Assembly (NCBI GenBank): GCA_030633305.1
Contig: DAOVTB010000003.1
Location: 1 to 63,635 of the forward strand
Reading direction: 5' to 3'
Origin: Candidatus Muiribacteriota bacterium
GTDB lineage: Bacteria > Muiribacteriota > DAOVTB01
Length of the DNA: 63,635 nt
The position numbers and the translations under genes are program-made. The first letter of the stretch is position 1. Each line of letters starts with the position of its first letter. This document shows positions 10,256 to 20,408 of the stretch, one piece after another. The notes below the pieces were generated by a model that did no database searches, was not told the origin of the DNA, and worked only from the letters and a program-made list of their open reading frames with translations.

Positions 10256-10285
10256 TTGACTTTTAATAGTGAAAAAATGTAATAT
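10256..10285 (+). promoter_or_regulatory. sigma70-like promoter
   Basis: TTGACT, 18 nt, TAATAT (TG immediately upstream), about 55 nt before the ATG at 10339. Confidence 0.4.
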
Positions 10286-10338
10286 ATTTGAGTGTAAATG
10301 ATTATGAAATAATAAAGCATAATTGGTGGAGTTTTGGG

Positions 10339-11499
10339 ATGAAGTATTTAATTGTTGGAAACGGTATTGCTGGAAAAACTGCAGCTCGGGTGATAAGGAA
10401 ATATGAAAATGATGCAGATATCACTATTGTTACAGATTCTGGAAATAGATTTTTTTTCAGACCAGATATTATAGAGTCATTCGGAAACAATGTTGAATTT
10501 GAAGGAATAGTTTCCAGAACTGATGAAGATTATGATCCGGCAGTGACACACGTTGTGGAAAAAAAAGTTGTTCAGATAGATGATGTGAAAAATCAAGTGA
10601 TTCTGGATGATAATGAAATTCTTTTATACGATAAATTATTGATTGCGACGGGGAATGAAGTTGATTATCCAAAAATAAAGAGAATTGAAGCCAGTGATGT
10701 TTTCGGTCTCTCGAAAATTGATGATTTTGTGTACTTTAAGAGTAAAATTGATTCTTATTCAAAAATAACTGTAATCGGTGGAGGTCTTCTTGGAGTTGAA
10801 ATTTCATCTGTTTTAAATGAAATGGGTAAATCTGTAAAACTGGTTGAATGCAAAAAACAGTTGATGAAAAGGCAGCTTGATTGGCATGCGTCTGAACTGC
10901 TCATGTCAACATTGATCAAGAATGGAATTGAAGTTATTACAAATGAAAATGTAAATGAAATAACCGAGGACGAAAATTCTATTAAAAGTTTAAAGTTTGA
11001 TAGTGGTATTGAACTTAGTTGTGATGCAGTAATAATTGCAACAGGTGTCAGATTTAACAATGAAATCCTTGGCAAATCAAAAATCCTCTCCGAAAAACGT
11101 ATTCTGGTGAATGATATTCTCCAGACATCGGTGAAGAATATATTTTGTGCAGGAGATGCCGCATCGCATCGTGGTGTAATCTATGGTAACTGGCTGGCAG
11201 CGAAGGAGCAAGGTGAAATTGCTGGAATGATCATGTCCGGCCAGGATACAGAATATAAAGGTTCAGTTAATGAATATCGATTGAAACTAAAAAATTTTGA
11301 ATTATATTGTGCAGGAAGTACCGTGAATTCGGTGGGCGAGGCATTGATAGCAAAAGAGGGTTGTATCTATCGAAAGTTAATAATTGCTGATGATAAACCT
11401 ATTGGAGTAATTGTTTTAAATGATCCTTTTACTGCGTCGATTGCTGAAGAAGTCTTCAAAGGTTATAAGTCTGTAGTTAGTCTTAAAAAGTATTTCTAA
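10339..11499 (+). CDS. NAD(P)/FAD-dependent pyridine nucleotide-disulfide oxidoreductase
   Basis: Two Rossmann motifs (LIVGNGIAGKTAA, ITVIGGGLLGVE) and CAGDAA; start moved to the ATG at 10339 after GGTGGAG (ORF-track start is TTG at 10288). Confidence 0.75.
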   Translation: MKYLIVGNGIAGKTAARVIRKYENDADITIVTDSGNRFFFRPDIIESFGNNVEFEGIVSRTDEDYDPAVTHVVEKKVVQIDDVKNQVILDDNEILLYDKLLIATGNEVDYPKIKRIEASDVFGLSKIDDFVYFKSKIDSYSKITVIGGGLLGVEISSVLNEMGKSVKLVECKKQLMKRQLDWHASELLMSTLIKNGIEVITNENVNEITEDENSIKSLKFDSGIELSCDAVIIATGVRFNNEILGKSKILSEKRILVNDILQTSVKNIFCAGDAASHRGVIYGNWLAAKEQGEIAGMIMSGQDTEYKGSVNEYRLKLKNFELYCAGSTVNSVGEALIAKEGCIYRKLIIADDKPIGVIVLNDPFTASIAEEVFKGYKSVVSLKKYF

Positions 11500-11591
11500 T
11501 CTGGATGCAGGGAAAGAAAATACTCGTTAAATATTCTGGTTAATGCTATACTGAACAATAATAATATTAAATATATAGGAGTACTATTAAT

Positions 11592-12638
11592 ATGTCAGCA
11601 AAAAATAAGATAAAATTTGAAGATATCGAAAAACTACCAAAATGTGATCTACATGTTCATCTTGATGGTTCACTCAGAATTCCGACAATTATTGAACTTG
11701 CGAAGGAAAATAAAGTGAAATTGCCATCTATGACTCCTCAGGGGCTCAGAAAGTATGTAATGAAAGATAAAAACTGTGTAAGCCTTGTTGATTATCTAGG
11801 AGCCTTTGATATTACACTTCAGGTTATGCAGGAAAAAGATTCATTAATAAGAACTACTTTTGAACTTGTAGAAGATGCAGCGCTTGAGAATACAAAATAT
11901 ATTGAAATCAGATTTTCTCCAATTCTACACCAAAACAAAGGATTGACACTCACTGAAATCGTTGATGCCGTTCTTGAAGGATGTTATCTAGGCGAACAAA
12001 AATATGATATTACTACGGGAATAATAATCTGTGGTATGCGACATGTTGATCCTGAGATCTCACTTAGACTTGCAGAACTTTCTGTTGCGTATAAAAATAA
12101 AAAAGTTATTGGTTTTGACCTTGCGGGAGCGGAAGCGAATTTTCCTGCAAAAAATCATAAGGAAGCATTCTTTCTGATACTCAATAATAATATTAATTGT
12201 ACTCTCCACGCTGGAGAAGCATATGGTCCTGAATCAATTTCTCAGGCAGTTCACTATTGTGGTGCACATAGAATTGGTCATGGAACAAGGTTGAGAGAAA
12301 ATGGAGATTTATTAAATTATGTCAATGATCATAGAATCCCGCTTGAAATTTGTCCAATAAGTAATATTCATACCAATAGTATTGATAAAATTGAAAATCA
12401 TCCTCTCAAATTTTATTATGATTTTGGACTCAGAGTAACTATTAATACAGATAATCGTCTTGTTTCAAATACTACGATGTCCAAAGAACTATTTCTTCTG
12501 GCTGAGACATTTGATTTTTCGATGGATGATATTAAAAACATCATAACACATGGCTTTAAATCTGCATTTTTGAGTTATAAAGACAAAAATAGAATGCTCG
12601 ATAAAGTGTTGCCTTTAATGGGTCGGAAACGATTTTAA
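11592..12638 (+). CDS. add: adenosine deaminase
   Basis: LPKCDLHVHLDGSLR, CTLHAGE, HRIGHG, TINTDN metal and catalytic motifs. Confidence 0.9.
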   Translation: MSAKNKIKFEDIEKLPKCDLHVHLDGSLRIPTIIELAKENKVKLPSMTPQGLRKYVMKDKNCVSLVDYLGAFDITLQVMQEKDSLIRTTFELVEDAALENTKYIEIRFSPILHQNKGLTLTEIVDAVLEGCYLGEQKYDITTGIIICGMRHVDPEISLRLAELSVAYKNKKVIGFDLAGAEANFPAKNHKEAFFLILNNNINCTLHAGEAYGPESISQAVHYCGAHRIGHGTRLRENGDLLNYVNDHRIPLEICPISNIHTNSIDKIENHPLKFYYDFGLRVTINTDNRLVSNTTMSKELFLLAETFDFSMDDIKNIITHGFKSAFLSYKDKNRMLDKVLPLMGRKRF

Positions 12639-12643
12639 AATTC

Positions 12644-12673
12644 TTGACACTTTATATATAAATTAATTAAAAT
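12644..12673 (+). promoter_or_regulatory. sigma70-like promoter of hppA
   Basis: TTGACA (12644-12649), 18 nt, TAAAAT (12668-12673), about 30 nt upstream of the start. Confidence 0.5.
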
Positions 12674-12701
12674 ATTTCAAAAGACAAATAACATAAGGGA
12701 G

Positions 12702-14936
12702 ATGCGTATGACAAACTTTTTGAGAAGTATACCGATTATGTCAGTTATTCTAGGCTTTGCAGGATTATATTATGCCTGGAAGACATATAAGGAGATCCTT
12801 AAGGTCGAGATCAAGAATGAAAAGATGAAAAGCCTTTCTAATGAAATCTATGATGGGGCTATGTCTTTTCTTAACAGAGAACGAAAAATTGTAATATATT
12901 TTGGTATAATCGTTTTTGTAATTCTCTTAGTGGGAATTGGTTTTGAAACAGCACTTGCATTTGCATTTGGTGCTATTTGTTCGATGGGTGCAGGATATAT
13001 CGGTATGGCAGCAGCAACCAGGGCTAATGTAAGAACGACTCAAGCTGCGATGGAGAGTGAAAACAAGGCTCTTCAGATGGCTTTCAGCGGTGGTTCTGTA
13101 ATGGGTGTAACCGTTGCCAGTCTTGCGATACTTGGCATGGGACTTATCTATGGTCTTCTGAAAATGCTTGGTTATCCGCTGGCTGATATTGCAAAAATCC
13201 TTAGTGGATTTGGAATGGGAGCAAGTTCTATTGCTCTTTTTGCACGTGTTGGTGGTGGTATATATACAAAAGCTGCTGATGTTGGTGCAGATCTTGTTGG
13301 AAAAGTTGAAGCTGGAATTCCTGAAGATGATCCAAGAAACCCTGCCGTTATTGCAGATAATGTAGGTGACTGCGTTGGTGATACCGCTGGAATGGGTGCT
13401 GATTTGTTTGAATCATTTATTGGTTCTATTATTGCTACTATCGCACTTGGAATATTTCTTGGTGCAGGTGATATCAGATATCAGATTCTTCCGATCCTTA
13501 TTGCATTTATTGGAACACTTGCTTCACTTATTTCTGTTATGATCGTTAAAAACTCTCGCGGCTGGGCTCCTGCAAGTGCACTTAGAATGGGAACTGTAAT
13601 AAGTAATATAATACTTGCGATTGCAAGTTTTGTTTTGATAAAAATAATTATGGGTACTTTCTGGTATTTTATCGCATTACTTGCTGGTATTGTTGCAGGA
13701 TTGATTATTGCTGCTTTAAGTGAATATTATACATCTGGTGGACCAGTTATTGATATTGCAGAAGCTGGAGACAGTGGCGGTGCAGCTACTAATATTATTG
13801 GTGGACTTGCTACTGGTATGCAGTCAACGACTTATCCAATCTGGACAATTTGTATCGCAGTAGGTATTGCATACAAATCTGGGAAATATGCATTTGCAAC
13901 TGATTATGCTAATACAGCGCTGCAGGCAAAAATGATTGCTGCTAGTTTATCTCCATATATATATGGATTGTATGGAATTGGAATTGCAGCGGTTGGAATG
14001 TTGGCAACAACTGGAATGACGATGAGTGTTGATGGTTATGGCCCAATTGCAGATAATGCTGGTGGAATTGCTGAAATGGCTGGTTGTGATCCTGAAGTAA
14101 GAAAAATTACTGATAAACTTGATGCGATTGGAAATACAACTGCTGCAGTAGGTAAAGGATTTGCAATTGGTTCTGCTGCTTTAACATCACTGGCTCTTTT
14201 TGCTGCATTTGCACAAACGGTGCAGGCTACTACTGGTACTCCGATTGTTATTGATGTTACAAAAGCTCGTGTAGTAATCGGTTTGCTTTTTGGCGCTTCA
14301 GTACCATTTCTTTTTGCTGCTCTTACAATGAAGGCCGTTGGCCGAGCCGCTGGAAAGATGGTTGATGAAGTAAGACGTCAGTTCAGAGAAATTCCAGAAC
14401 TTGCTCATGTTCTTACATTTTTCAAGAAAAAAGAGCTTGGTGAAGAATATTCTGAAGAAGAAATGAAGAAAGCAGAAGAGGCCGCAGTTGGTAAACCAGA
14501 ATCAGACAAGTGTGTTGCAATTAGTACTGAAGCAGCTCTTCATGAAATGATTGCACCGGGTACACTGGCTATTATTCTTCCCCTTTTTATCGGTGCAGTA
14601 CTTGGTGTACAAGCATTGGGTGGTTTTTTAGCAGGAGCAACTGCAACTGGTGTATTGATGGCCATTATGATGTCAAATGCTGGTGGAGCATGGGATAATG
14701 CTAAAAAGTATATCGAAGAAGGTCATCTGGGCGGAAAAGGAAGCAAAGCTCATAAAGCTGCGGTTGTTGGTGATACTGTAGGTGATCCTTTCAAAGATAC
14801 AAGCGGTCCTGCAATGAACATTCTTATTAAGCTGATGTCCATTGTTTCACTTGTTTGCGTACCTATCGTTTTATATTTGAATGATAAAGTTGATATCAAT
14901 CAGATTATTCAAATGGTAACAAACTTTTTTAAATAG
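12702..14936 (+). CDS. hppA: membrane-bound pyrophosphatase (K+-dependent-type signature)
   Basis: [65 protein letters not shown]; [10 protein letters not shown] has Ala where K+-independent enzymes carry Lys; alternative ATG at 12708. Confidence 0.95.
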   Translation: MRMTNFLRSIPIMSVILGFAGLYYAWKTYKEILKVEIKNEKMKSLSNEIYDGAMSFLNRERKIVIYFGIIVFVILLVGIGFETALAFAFGAICSMGAGYIGMAAATRANVRTTQAAMESENKALQMAFSGGSVMGVTVASLAILGMGLIYGLLKMLGYPLADIAKILSGFGMGASSIALFARVGGGIYTKAADVGADLVGKVEAGIPEDDPRNPAVIADNVGDCVGDTAGMGADLFESFIGSIIATIALGIFLGAGDIRYQILPILIAFIGTLASLISVMIVKNSRGWAPASALRMGTVISNIILAIASFVLIKIIMGTFWYFIALLAGIVAGLIIAALSEYYTSGGPVIDIAEAGDSGGAATNIIGGLATGMQSTTYPIWTICIAVGIAYKSGKYAFATDYANTALQAKMIAASLSPYIYGLYGIGIAAVGMLATTGMTMSVDGYGPIADNAGGIAEMAGCDPEVRKITDKLDAIGNTTAAVGKGFAIGSAALTSLALFAAFAQTVQATTGTPIVIDVTKARVVIGLLFGASVPFLFAALTMKAVGRAAGKMVDEVRRQFREIPELAHVLTFFKKKELGEEYSEEEMKKAEEAAVGKPESDKCVAISTEAALHEMIAPGTLAIILPLFIGAVLGVQALGGFLAGATATGVLMAIMMSNAGGAWDNAKKYIEEGHLGGKGSKAHKAAVVGDTVGDPFKDTSGPAMNILIKLMSIVSLVCVPIVLYLNDKVDINQIIQMVTNFFK

Positions 14937-14960
14937 ATAGATAATTAGATAAATATTATA

Positions 14961-14988
14961 GAGGAGGGCCAATTGGCCCTCCTTTTTT
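14961..14988 (+). terminator. rho-independent terminator of hppA
   Basis: GAGGAGGGCC AATT GGCCCTCC followed by TTTTTT. Confidence 0.8.
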
Positions 14989-14999
14989 GATTAACCATC

Positions 15000-15120
15000 G
15001 TCATTCTGCGGCTAGACCGCAGAATCTATTTAAATTGTTAAAACCCCCAAAGATGGATCCTGCGATCAAGTCGTACCCTATAGGGCACAGGCACGATGAC
15101 GGAAGGATTGTGACACAGTC
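15000..15120 (+). repeat. family B palindromic intergenic repeat, copy 1
   Basis: GTCATTCTGCGG..CCGCAGAATCTATTTAAATTG...GGATCC..TCAAG..GATGACGGAAGGATTGTGACACAGTC; aligns with 57111-57216. Confidence 0.8.
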
Positions 15121-15170
15121 AAACGTCAAGTTAACAAAAGTTCCATGTGACTCCATCTATATTAGTATTT
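15121..15170 (-). repeat. family A gene-end element, truncated copy
   Basis: Minus strand reads AAATACTAATATAGATGGAGTCACATGGAACTTTTGTTAACTTGACGTTT; it has the 16-mer and the 5' arm only and abuts family B. Confidence 0.8.
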
Positions 15171-15184
15171 GGTATTTATCTAAC

Positions 15185-15245
15185 AGGGTCAGGGCACATT
15201 TCATTCAGCTCGATCATCGAGCTAAACAAAAGTCCTTCTGACCCT
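15185..15245 (-). repeat. family A-like hairpin, variant copy
   Basis: Minus strand AGGGTCAGAAGGACTTTTGT TTAGCTCGATGATCGAGCTGA ATGAAATGTGCCCTGACCCT: same outer stem and internal motifs as 32625-32684, but a different self-complementary apical stem. Confidence 0.7.
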
Positions 15246-15305
15246 ATCTGGTATTAACTTTGTATCTTTCCAATACAATGTTTGGTGCATAAGATAATTT
15301 TTTTT

Positions 15306-15332
15306 CTTTGTGCCTTAGTGCCTTTGTGTGAG
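15306..15332 (-). repeat. CAC-word tract directly after the rlmN stop
   Basis: Minus strand CTCACACAAAGGCACTAAGGCACAAAG, nearly identical to 32521-32546. Confidence 0.75.
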
Positions 15333-16400
15333 CTATTTTTTCTTTTTTTGAATCAACTGTCCGCATCCAGCAGAGATATCCTGTCCATTACTTTTTCTTA
15401 CAGTAACCATGTATCCAGCGTTGTGAAGAATATCGCGGAATAACTGGATGTTTCCAGAATCAGCAGTTTCAAAATTAGCATCATTGATAGGATTATAGTG
15501 GATAATATTTATCCGTGCATTCAATGGTTCAAGTATTTCTGATAGCTTGATTGCATGTTTTTTTGTATCATTAAAATCTTTGATCATTGGGTACTGGATG
15601 AAAACAAATTTGTTGTTTTCTTTCTGTATTTGGATTAATGTTTTAATTACCTCTGAAATTGGCCATTTCTTGTTAATAGGCATAAATTTTGAGCGTTCTG
15701 ATTCAAATGGATTAAGTAGACTTAAAGCTATTGGAATTCTTGGGAATGCATTGTGCAGTTTTTTTAGACCATCAACATGGCCAGCAGTTGAGACAGAAAC
15801 CCTCTTTTGAGCTATCTCAAAACCATTGCCATCTGTTATAATATCAATTGATCTAATTACATCGCTAACATTATCCAGCGGCTCGCCCATGCCCATAAAT
15901 ACAATATTTGAGACAGTGCTATTAACATCATAGTTGTTTTTTATTAACCAGTCAGAATTATTTTTTAACCATAACTTGACTGTATAAATCTGGTTTATGA
16001 TTTCACCTGTTGTAAGATTTCTAACAAGTCCCATACGACTTGTCTGGCAGAAACTACACGCCTGTCTGCAACCTACCTGACTTGAAATACATAATGTGAT
16101 CCTGTGCGGTTCAGGCATTAAGACTGTTTCGATTTGTGCGCTATCTTTTAGATTAAATACAAATTTGATTGTACTGTCCAATTTGGATTCTTGAAAACAA
16201 ATAATTTCAAGAGGTTTAAGGTAAAAACTATTATTAATAATTTTTTTGAGTTTTATTGACAGTGTTGGCGTTTCCCAAGGTTTGGCCGGGGCATTTTTAT
16301 AAACGTACTTAAGCAATGAAACGGCATGCACAACGGATTCAGAAATTTCTGAAAGGTAACTTTTAAGATCTTTTCGTGTAGAATTAAAAAAATCTCGCAT
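15333..16400 (-). CDS. rlmN: 23S rRNA/tRNA adenine-C2 methyltransferase, radical SAM
   Basis: CISSQVGCRQACSFCQT (CxxxCxxC), GMGEPLDN, VSVSTAG, C-terminal GQDISAGCGQL. Confidence 0.9.
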   Translation of the reverse strand: MRDFFNSTRKDLKSYLSEISESVVHAVSLLKYVYKNAPAKPWETPTLSIKLKKIINNSFYLKPLEIICFQESKLDSTIKFVFNLKDSAQIETVLMPEPHRITLCISSQVGCRQACSFCQTSRMGLVRNLTTGEIINQIYTVKLWLKNNSDWLIKNNYDVNSTVSNIVFMGMGEPLDNVSDVIRSIDIITDGNGFEIAQKRVSVSTAGHVDGLKKLHNAFPRIPIALSLLNPFESERSKFMPINKKWPISEVIKTLIQIQKENNKFVFIQYPMIKDFNDTKKHAIKLSEILEPLNARINIIHYNPINDANFETADSGNIQLFRDILHNAGYMVTVRKSNGQDISAGCGQLIQKKKK

Positions 16401-16443
16401 AATTCATTTTGTTTTCTGTATGGATTTTAGTATGGGAAACAGA

Positions 16444-16857
16444 TTATAGTCCCAATTCTTTTTTATATTTTGCCATTTTTGCATTGATTTCATGCATGCT
16501 GCCATGTTTTGAACATTCTATGCGGAAAGAACCATCTATATTTTTCTGAACAAAATATGAATTAGGCATACTTCCTGTTTTGCACACTGGCATTTTTGAC
16601 AGATAACCACGAGAGTCAAGCCGGTAAGTAACAAGATTTTCCCCGCCACCCTGGATGATCTTTGCGTCTGAACCAAGAAGATCTTTCTGTGCAAGTTCAA
16701 ATTTTGAAAGATAAACAGTCAATAAGGAAATTCGTCCTTTGCAAAGTCCAAGATCATTGATAACACCAATCTTGCTTTGCGAAGAAGTAGTACTGCCCAG
16801 TAAATAACCGACCAGAGCTAATATAAATAATCCCAAAATTATGACTTGTTTGTTCAT
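16444..16857 (-). CDS. hypothetical exported protein
   Basis: N-terminal hydrophobic segment VIILGLFILALVGYLLG; GAGGA RBS 5 nt upstream; no family recognised. Confidence 0.5.
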   Translation of the reverse strand: MNKQVIILGLFILALVGYLLGSTTSSQSKIGVINDLGLCKGRISLLTVYLSKFELAQKDLLGSDAKIIQGGGENLVTYRLDSRGYLSKMPVCKTGSMPNSYFVQKNIDGSFRIECSKHGSMHEINAKMAKYKKELGL

Positions 16858-17046
16858 TTAAGTCCTCAAAACACTATTTGTCACTTTCAGTATATCACAT
16901 GTTTATGGCAAGGTAAATCAAACAATAAAAAAAATGAAAGAAAGTTTTATTTGGTTTCAAAAAACAGCGTGGATACCTTGCTTTAGCTAACGACTATACT
17001 AAATTGAAGATTTGGTGTATTATTGAGATATTAAGGTGAATTTTTT

Positions 17047-18648
17047 ATGTATTTGACTCTAATTAAGACATTACTATGGCTGAATATACTTGTGCCGGCA
17101 ATAATCAGTGGTTTTTATATGCTGAAACTTGTAGAGATGATACTTCCTTATATTTCAGAAAGTGGAGTAAAGAGTCTTTCGTTTGAAGTAAAAAAACAAT
17201 GGAGAAAGAACAAACTTCGTATTTTTTCTTTATTTTATCTATATTGTATCTATTTATCCTTCATGTTGATGACCCCGTTCTTTTCTATCCCACGTGGAAG
17301 AACTACTCTTACCAGTAATACTTTCCTGGATTTTTATATTTGTATTTTTATTCTATATCTGCTCTACAGAGGTATTAAAAGTGGGCTTCTTGATCTTAAA
17401 AATATTTCGATTGATTTTAATGTTTCTTTATTAACAGTTAAAGTTGATCTTAGAAAAATGTCTAAAAAACTTGATAAGTTTCGGGTAGCAGCAGCAAAAC
17501 TTAAATATCTCAAGAAATTTCAAAAAATAGGTAATTATCTTGAAAAAAAGCTAGAGCAGCGCATTGTAGATGAAATTACTTCTGAAACAACGATACATAC
17601 AGCTTTTGAAAATATAATAAAGGGACTTTTAAGAGGTTACGCTTTTTTAATATTCAGCCTTATTCTTCATGAATACAGTTTTAACGATATATTTTATCCC
17701 GTACTTGCTATTTCTATAATTTCAGGATTAGTATATTACATTCTTTTTAGAGAGAAACCCAGATATGGCTCAGTTGACATGGATGAATTAATTGATGAAT
17801 TAGAGAGTAATGCTGAAAATGAAAAAAATGAAAATAACTGTCTAATGCTGAATGAATTGATTGAAAAGTTGAAGAATTGCGTGATGGAATATGAATGTGA
17901 TAACAAAAAAAGTGTTGTTCTGATTTTTGGACGTACTAAATGCGGGAAATCATCTGCGATTAAAAATGTATTCAAAGATGAATATAAAAGGGATAGAGGA
18001 AGCAATGATATAATAAAATCATTCACTATCAATGAACAGTTGTTTGCTGAAATTGAAAAACTTGGATCGCCGGAATTTTCTAAAGAGAAATTTGATGAAT
18101 ATCTCGAAGGAAAAATGATTGATTCAATCCTGTTTTTTCACGATTCTACTGAAGTTTCGGCAAGGATACAGATGGAAATAAGTTTGCTGGTTTCTCTTGT
18201 TGGTGGCAATTATAAAGGTATTGTACCGATACTTACAAAAATTGACAATGTCTCTCCAAGTCGGGAATCTGTTTCCAATGTTGAAAAATGGGGAAATATA
18301 AAAAGAATAGAAACAGAATTTATCCGGTTTATGAAATTATATGGAATTCAAAACCCGGGGGATATAAAGTTTATAGCATCAGATCCAAATGCTCCGGATT
18401 TCTGGTATGGTATATCAGAATTGAAAGAATTTATTCTTGGAACTGAAGAAAAAACTCTTAAATTACTGATAGATGAAGTTAAATCACATAGAAAAAATGC
18501 GGAAAATCAACGAGTATTAGAGACTCTTGAAGAGATCAGAAAGATGCTTGAAGATCAAAAAAAGCTTGAATCAGATTTGGGGAATCTAGTGATTAAATTG
18601 CTTGAAAAGGAACCTTTAAGGAGTGAAAAAAATGAATTCACTGAATAA
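17047..18648 (+). CDS. polytopic membrane protein with C-terminal P-loop GTPase-like domain and coiled-coil tail
   Basis: About 5 predicted TM helices in the first ~250 aa; Walker A GRTKCGKSS; TKID (NKxD-like); no canonical DxxG found; AAGGTGA RBS. Confidence 0.6.
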   Translation: MYLTLIKTLLWLNILVPAIISGFYMLKLVEMILPYISESGVKSLSFEVKKQWRKNKLRIFSLFYLYCIYLSFMLMTPFFSIPRGRTTLTSNTFLDFYICIFILYLLYRGIKSGLLDLKNISIDFNVSLLTVKVDLRKMSKKLDKFRVAAAKLKYLKKFQKIGNYLEKKLEQRIVDEITSETTIHTAFENIIKGLLRGYAFLIFSLILHEYSFNDIFYPVLAISIISGLVYYILFREKPRYGSVDMDELIDELESNAENEKNENNCLMLNELIEKLKNCVMEYECDNKKSVVLIFGRTKCGKSSAIKNVFKDEYKRDRGSNDIIKSFTINEQLFAEIEKLGSPEFSKEKFDEYLEGKMIDSILFFHDSTEVSARIQMEISLLVSLVGGNYKGIVPILTKIDNVSPSRESVSNVEKWGNIKRIETEFIRFMKLYGIQNPGDIKFIASDPNAPDFWYGISELKEFILGTEEKTLKLLIDEVKSHRKNAENQRVLETLEEIRKMLEDQKKLESDLGNLVIKLLEKEPLRSEKNEFTE

Positions 18649-19984
18649 AAATGAAGATAATATAGAATATAAACAGTTATTTGATCATATCTCAAAATAT
18701 TCAAAGGAAGATTGGGAGAAACTGATTGGATCAGAAGAAATAAAGAAACTGAATCTGGATGTTCGGAGCTGGATAGATAATATTGAGAACGATTCAGGTA
18801 TAGATTCAGATATAGTAGAGATCAAAAATCTATTGGAAATACTTGAAAATATATCAACATTTATTCCGTGGGGGGATCTTAAAAGCAAGATTCAGCTTTT
18901 AAAGGTCAAAATCAAGAAACTTTATTTTAAAAAGCCTGTTATTCTTTTTCAAGGCAGGCGAGGTAGTGGAAAAAGCTCTTTGCTTAATGCGATTCTGGGA
19001 CATGAAAAAGCTAAAGTCGGAGACTATACTATCGGGACTTATCAATGGGAAATCTATGATCATAAAGATATTACAATGATCGATGCCAGAGGATATGGAG
19101 ATCCAGAAAACAGTGATCGAATAATTGAAGAACAGGTCAAAGAGATAATTCAACAATATCCTGTTGATCTTATACTTTTTACACATAAAGCAGAAGAAAC
19201 CTCAGCCAGACTTGGAGAAGAAATCGAGAAACTTAATGCAATAGTCAACATCATTAATGACACTTCACTAGTGATTCTTCCGGTTATGACTCAATGTGAT
19301 AAAATTGATACAAGAGCAGAGTTTTCGGTTGAAGAAAAATTGAGAAAAATTGAAGGAGCTCGTGTAAATCTGTATAAGAATGTAAAATTGTTGAATCAGG
19401 ACTTCGATCTTAATATTCTTGTAGATGAAATTCTTCCCGTTGCATGTGAACCAAGTTTGTCTGAAGACCTTAAATACAAGTGGTGGTACAATGTTGAGGG
19501 GATAATTAGACATATATTTCAGGTTCTTCCTGAGAGGTCAAAAGTCAAATTTTCATTTATTTCTGAAATGACAGACATCAAGGAAGATGTAATTGATGAA
19601 GTTATTTTTATTTGTTCGATATTGACAGGAATAATAGGGGCAGTTCCAGTTCCATTTGCAGATCTTCCTGTTCTTGCAGCAGTACAATTATTTATGGTTC
19701 AAACTATCAGGAAAATCAGTAATAGTAATCGAGGTCATTTAACAATTGCTGGCTCAGTTGTGGTCAAAAGTGGACTTGGTCTGAAAGTTATTGCACGATC
19801 TATTGCAAAGCTTACTGGGATAGGAAATGTGATCAATGGAATAGTTGCCTATTCTGGAACATACAGTATAGGAAAACTTGCCAAAAAATATTATTTTTTC
19901 GATGAAGAACTTACCAATGAAGATGTTGAAAAACTTAAGCAGGACAACTGTTCTGATGAAGAAAAGACACTTGAAAACGCTTAA
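18632..19984 (+). CDS. P-loop GTPase with DUF697-like C-terminal membrane-associating domain
   Basis: G1 GRRGSGKSS, G3 DARGYGD, G4 TQCD; C-terminus IIGAVPVPFADLPVLAAVQLFMVQTI resembles YcjF/DUF697; ATG at 18632 is 9 nt after AGGAG and overlaps the upstream gene by 17 nt. Confidence 0.65.
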   Translation: MNSLNKNEDNIEYKQLFDHISKYSKEDWEKLIGSEEIKKLNLDVRSWIDNIENDSGIDSDIVEIKNLLEILENISTFIPWGDLKSKIQLLKVKIKKLYFKKPVILFQGRRGSGKSSLLNAILGHEKAKVGDYTIGTYQWEIYDHKDITMIDARGYGDPENSDRIIEEQVKEIIQQYPVDLILFTHKAEETSARLGEEIEKLNAIVNIINDTSLVILPVMTQCDKIDTRAEFSVEEKLRKIEGARVNLYKNVKLLNQDFDLNILVDEILPVACEPSLSEDLKYKWWYNVEGIIRHIFQVLPERSKVKFSFISEMTDIKEDVIDEVIFICSILTGIIGAVPVPFADLPVLAAVQLFMVQTIRKISNSNRGHLTIAGSVVVKSGLGLKVIARSIAKLTGIGNVINGIVAYSGTYSIGKLAKKYYFFDEELTNEDVEKLKQDNCSDEEKTLENA

Positions 19985-20103
19985 TTTGATTCCTGTACAT
20001 TTCTATTCGCTGAAAAACACGGCACTATATATTTCCTTCCACTCAAAGATTAAACCGTTAAGTCTATAGTATATATACTTTAGATTTAATGATATTATTT
20101 AAT

Positions 20104-20128
20104 GACACAAAAACACAAAGACACAAAT
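20104..20128 (+). repeat. CAC-word tract
   Basis: GACACAAAAACACAAAGACACAAATG, same word style as 32521-32578. Confidence 0.45.
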
Positions 20129-20137
20129 GTACAAATG

Positions 20138-20146
20138 TGGTAAAAT
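20138..20146 (+). promoter_or_regulatory. extended -10 element upstream of the RHH-MazF pair
   Basis: TGGTAAAAT about 20 nt upstream of the ATG at 20166. Confidence 0.35.
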
Positions 20147-20165
20147 GTAATTGGAGGTGATAAAA

Positions 20166-20408
20166 ATGTCACTAGCAGTAAAGAAAAAGAAGAATGAAAG
20201 ATTAAGCATTGATGTAAAACCAGAAGAACATCGCAAAATAAAAGCAATGGCAGCCTTGCAAGGAAAAACAATACGGGAATATGTATTAGAGTGTGTTTGG
20301 AAAGAAATGCAGGCAGATGATGAATTAGAACAAATGACGACAATGCCAACAGCAGTGTTGGAAGAGATATGGGACAACGAAAAGGACAGTTATTATGACC
20401 AATTATAA
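20166..20408 (+). CDS. ribbon-helix-helix type II antitoxin
   Basis: RLSIDVKPEEHRKIKAMAALQGKTIREYVLECV fits an RHH (CopG/ParD-like) fold; ATG at 20166 follows GGAGGTG; overlaps the toxin gene by 14 nt. Confidence 0.6.
   Translation: MSLAVKKKKNERLSIDVKPEEHRKIKAMAALQGKTIREYVLECVWKEMQADDELEQMTTMPTAVLEEIWDNEKDSYYDQL

Noticed and set aside
14987-15241. 84-aa ORF in the track (likewise 32810-32995, 41733-41942, 49023-49214, 26916-27098)
   Set aside because: These ORFs run entirely through the intergenic repeat families, have no RBS, and their open frames are explained by the repeat sequence itself.
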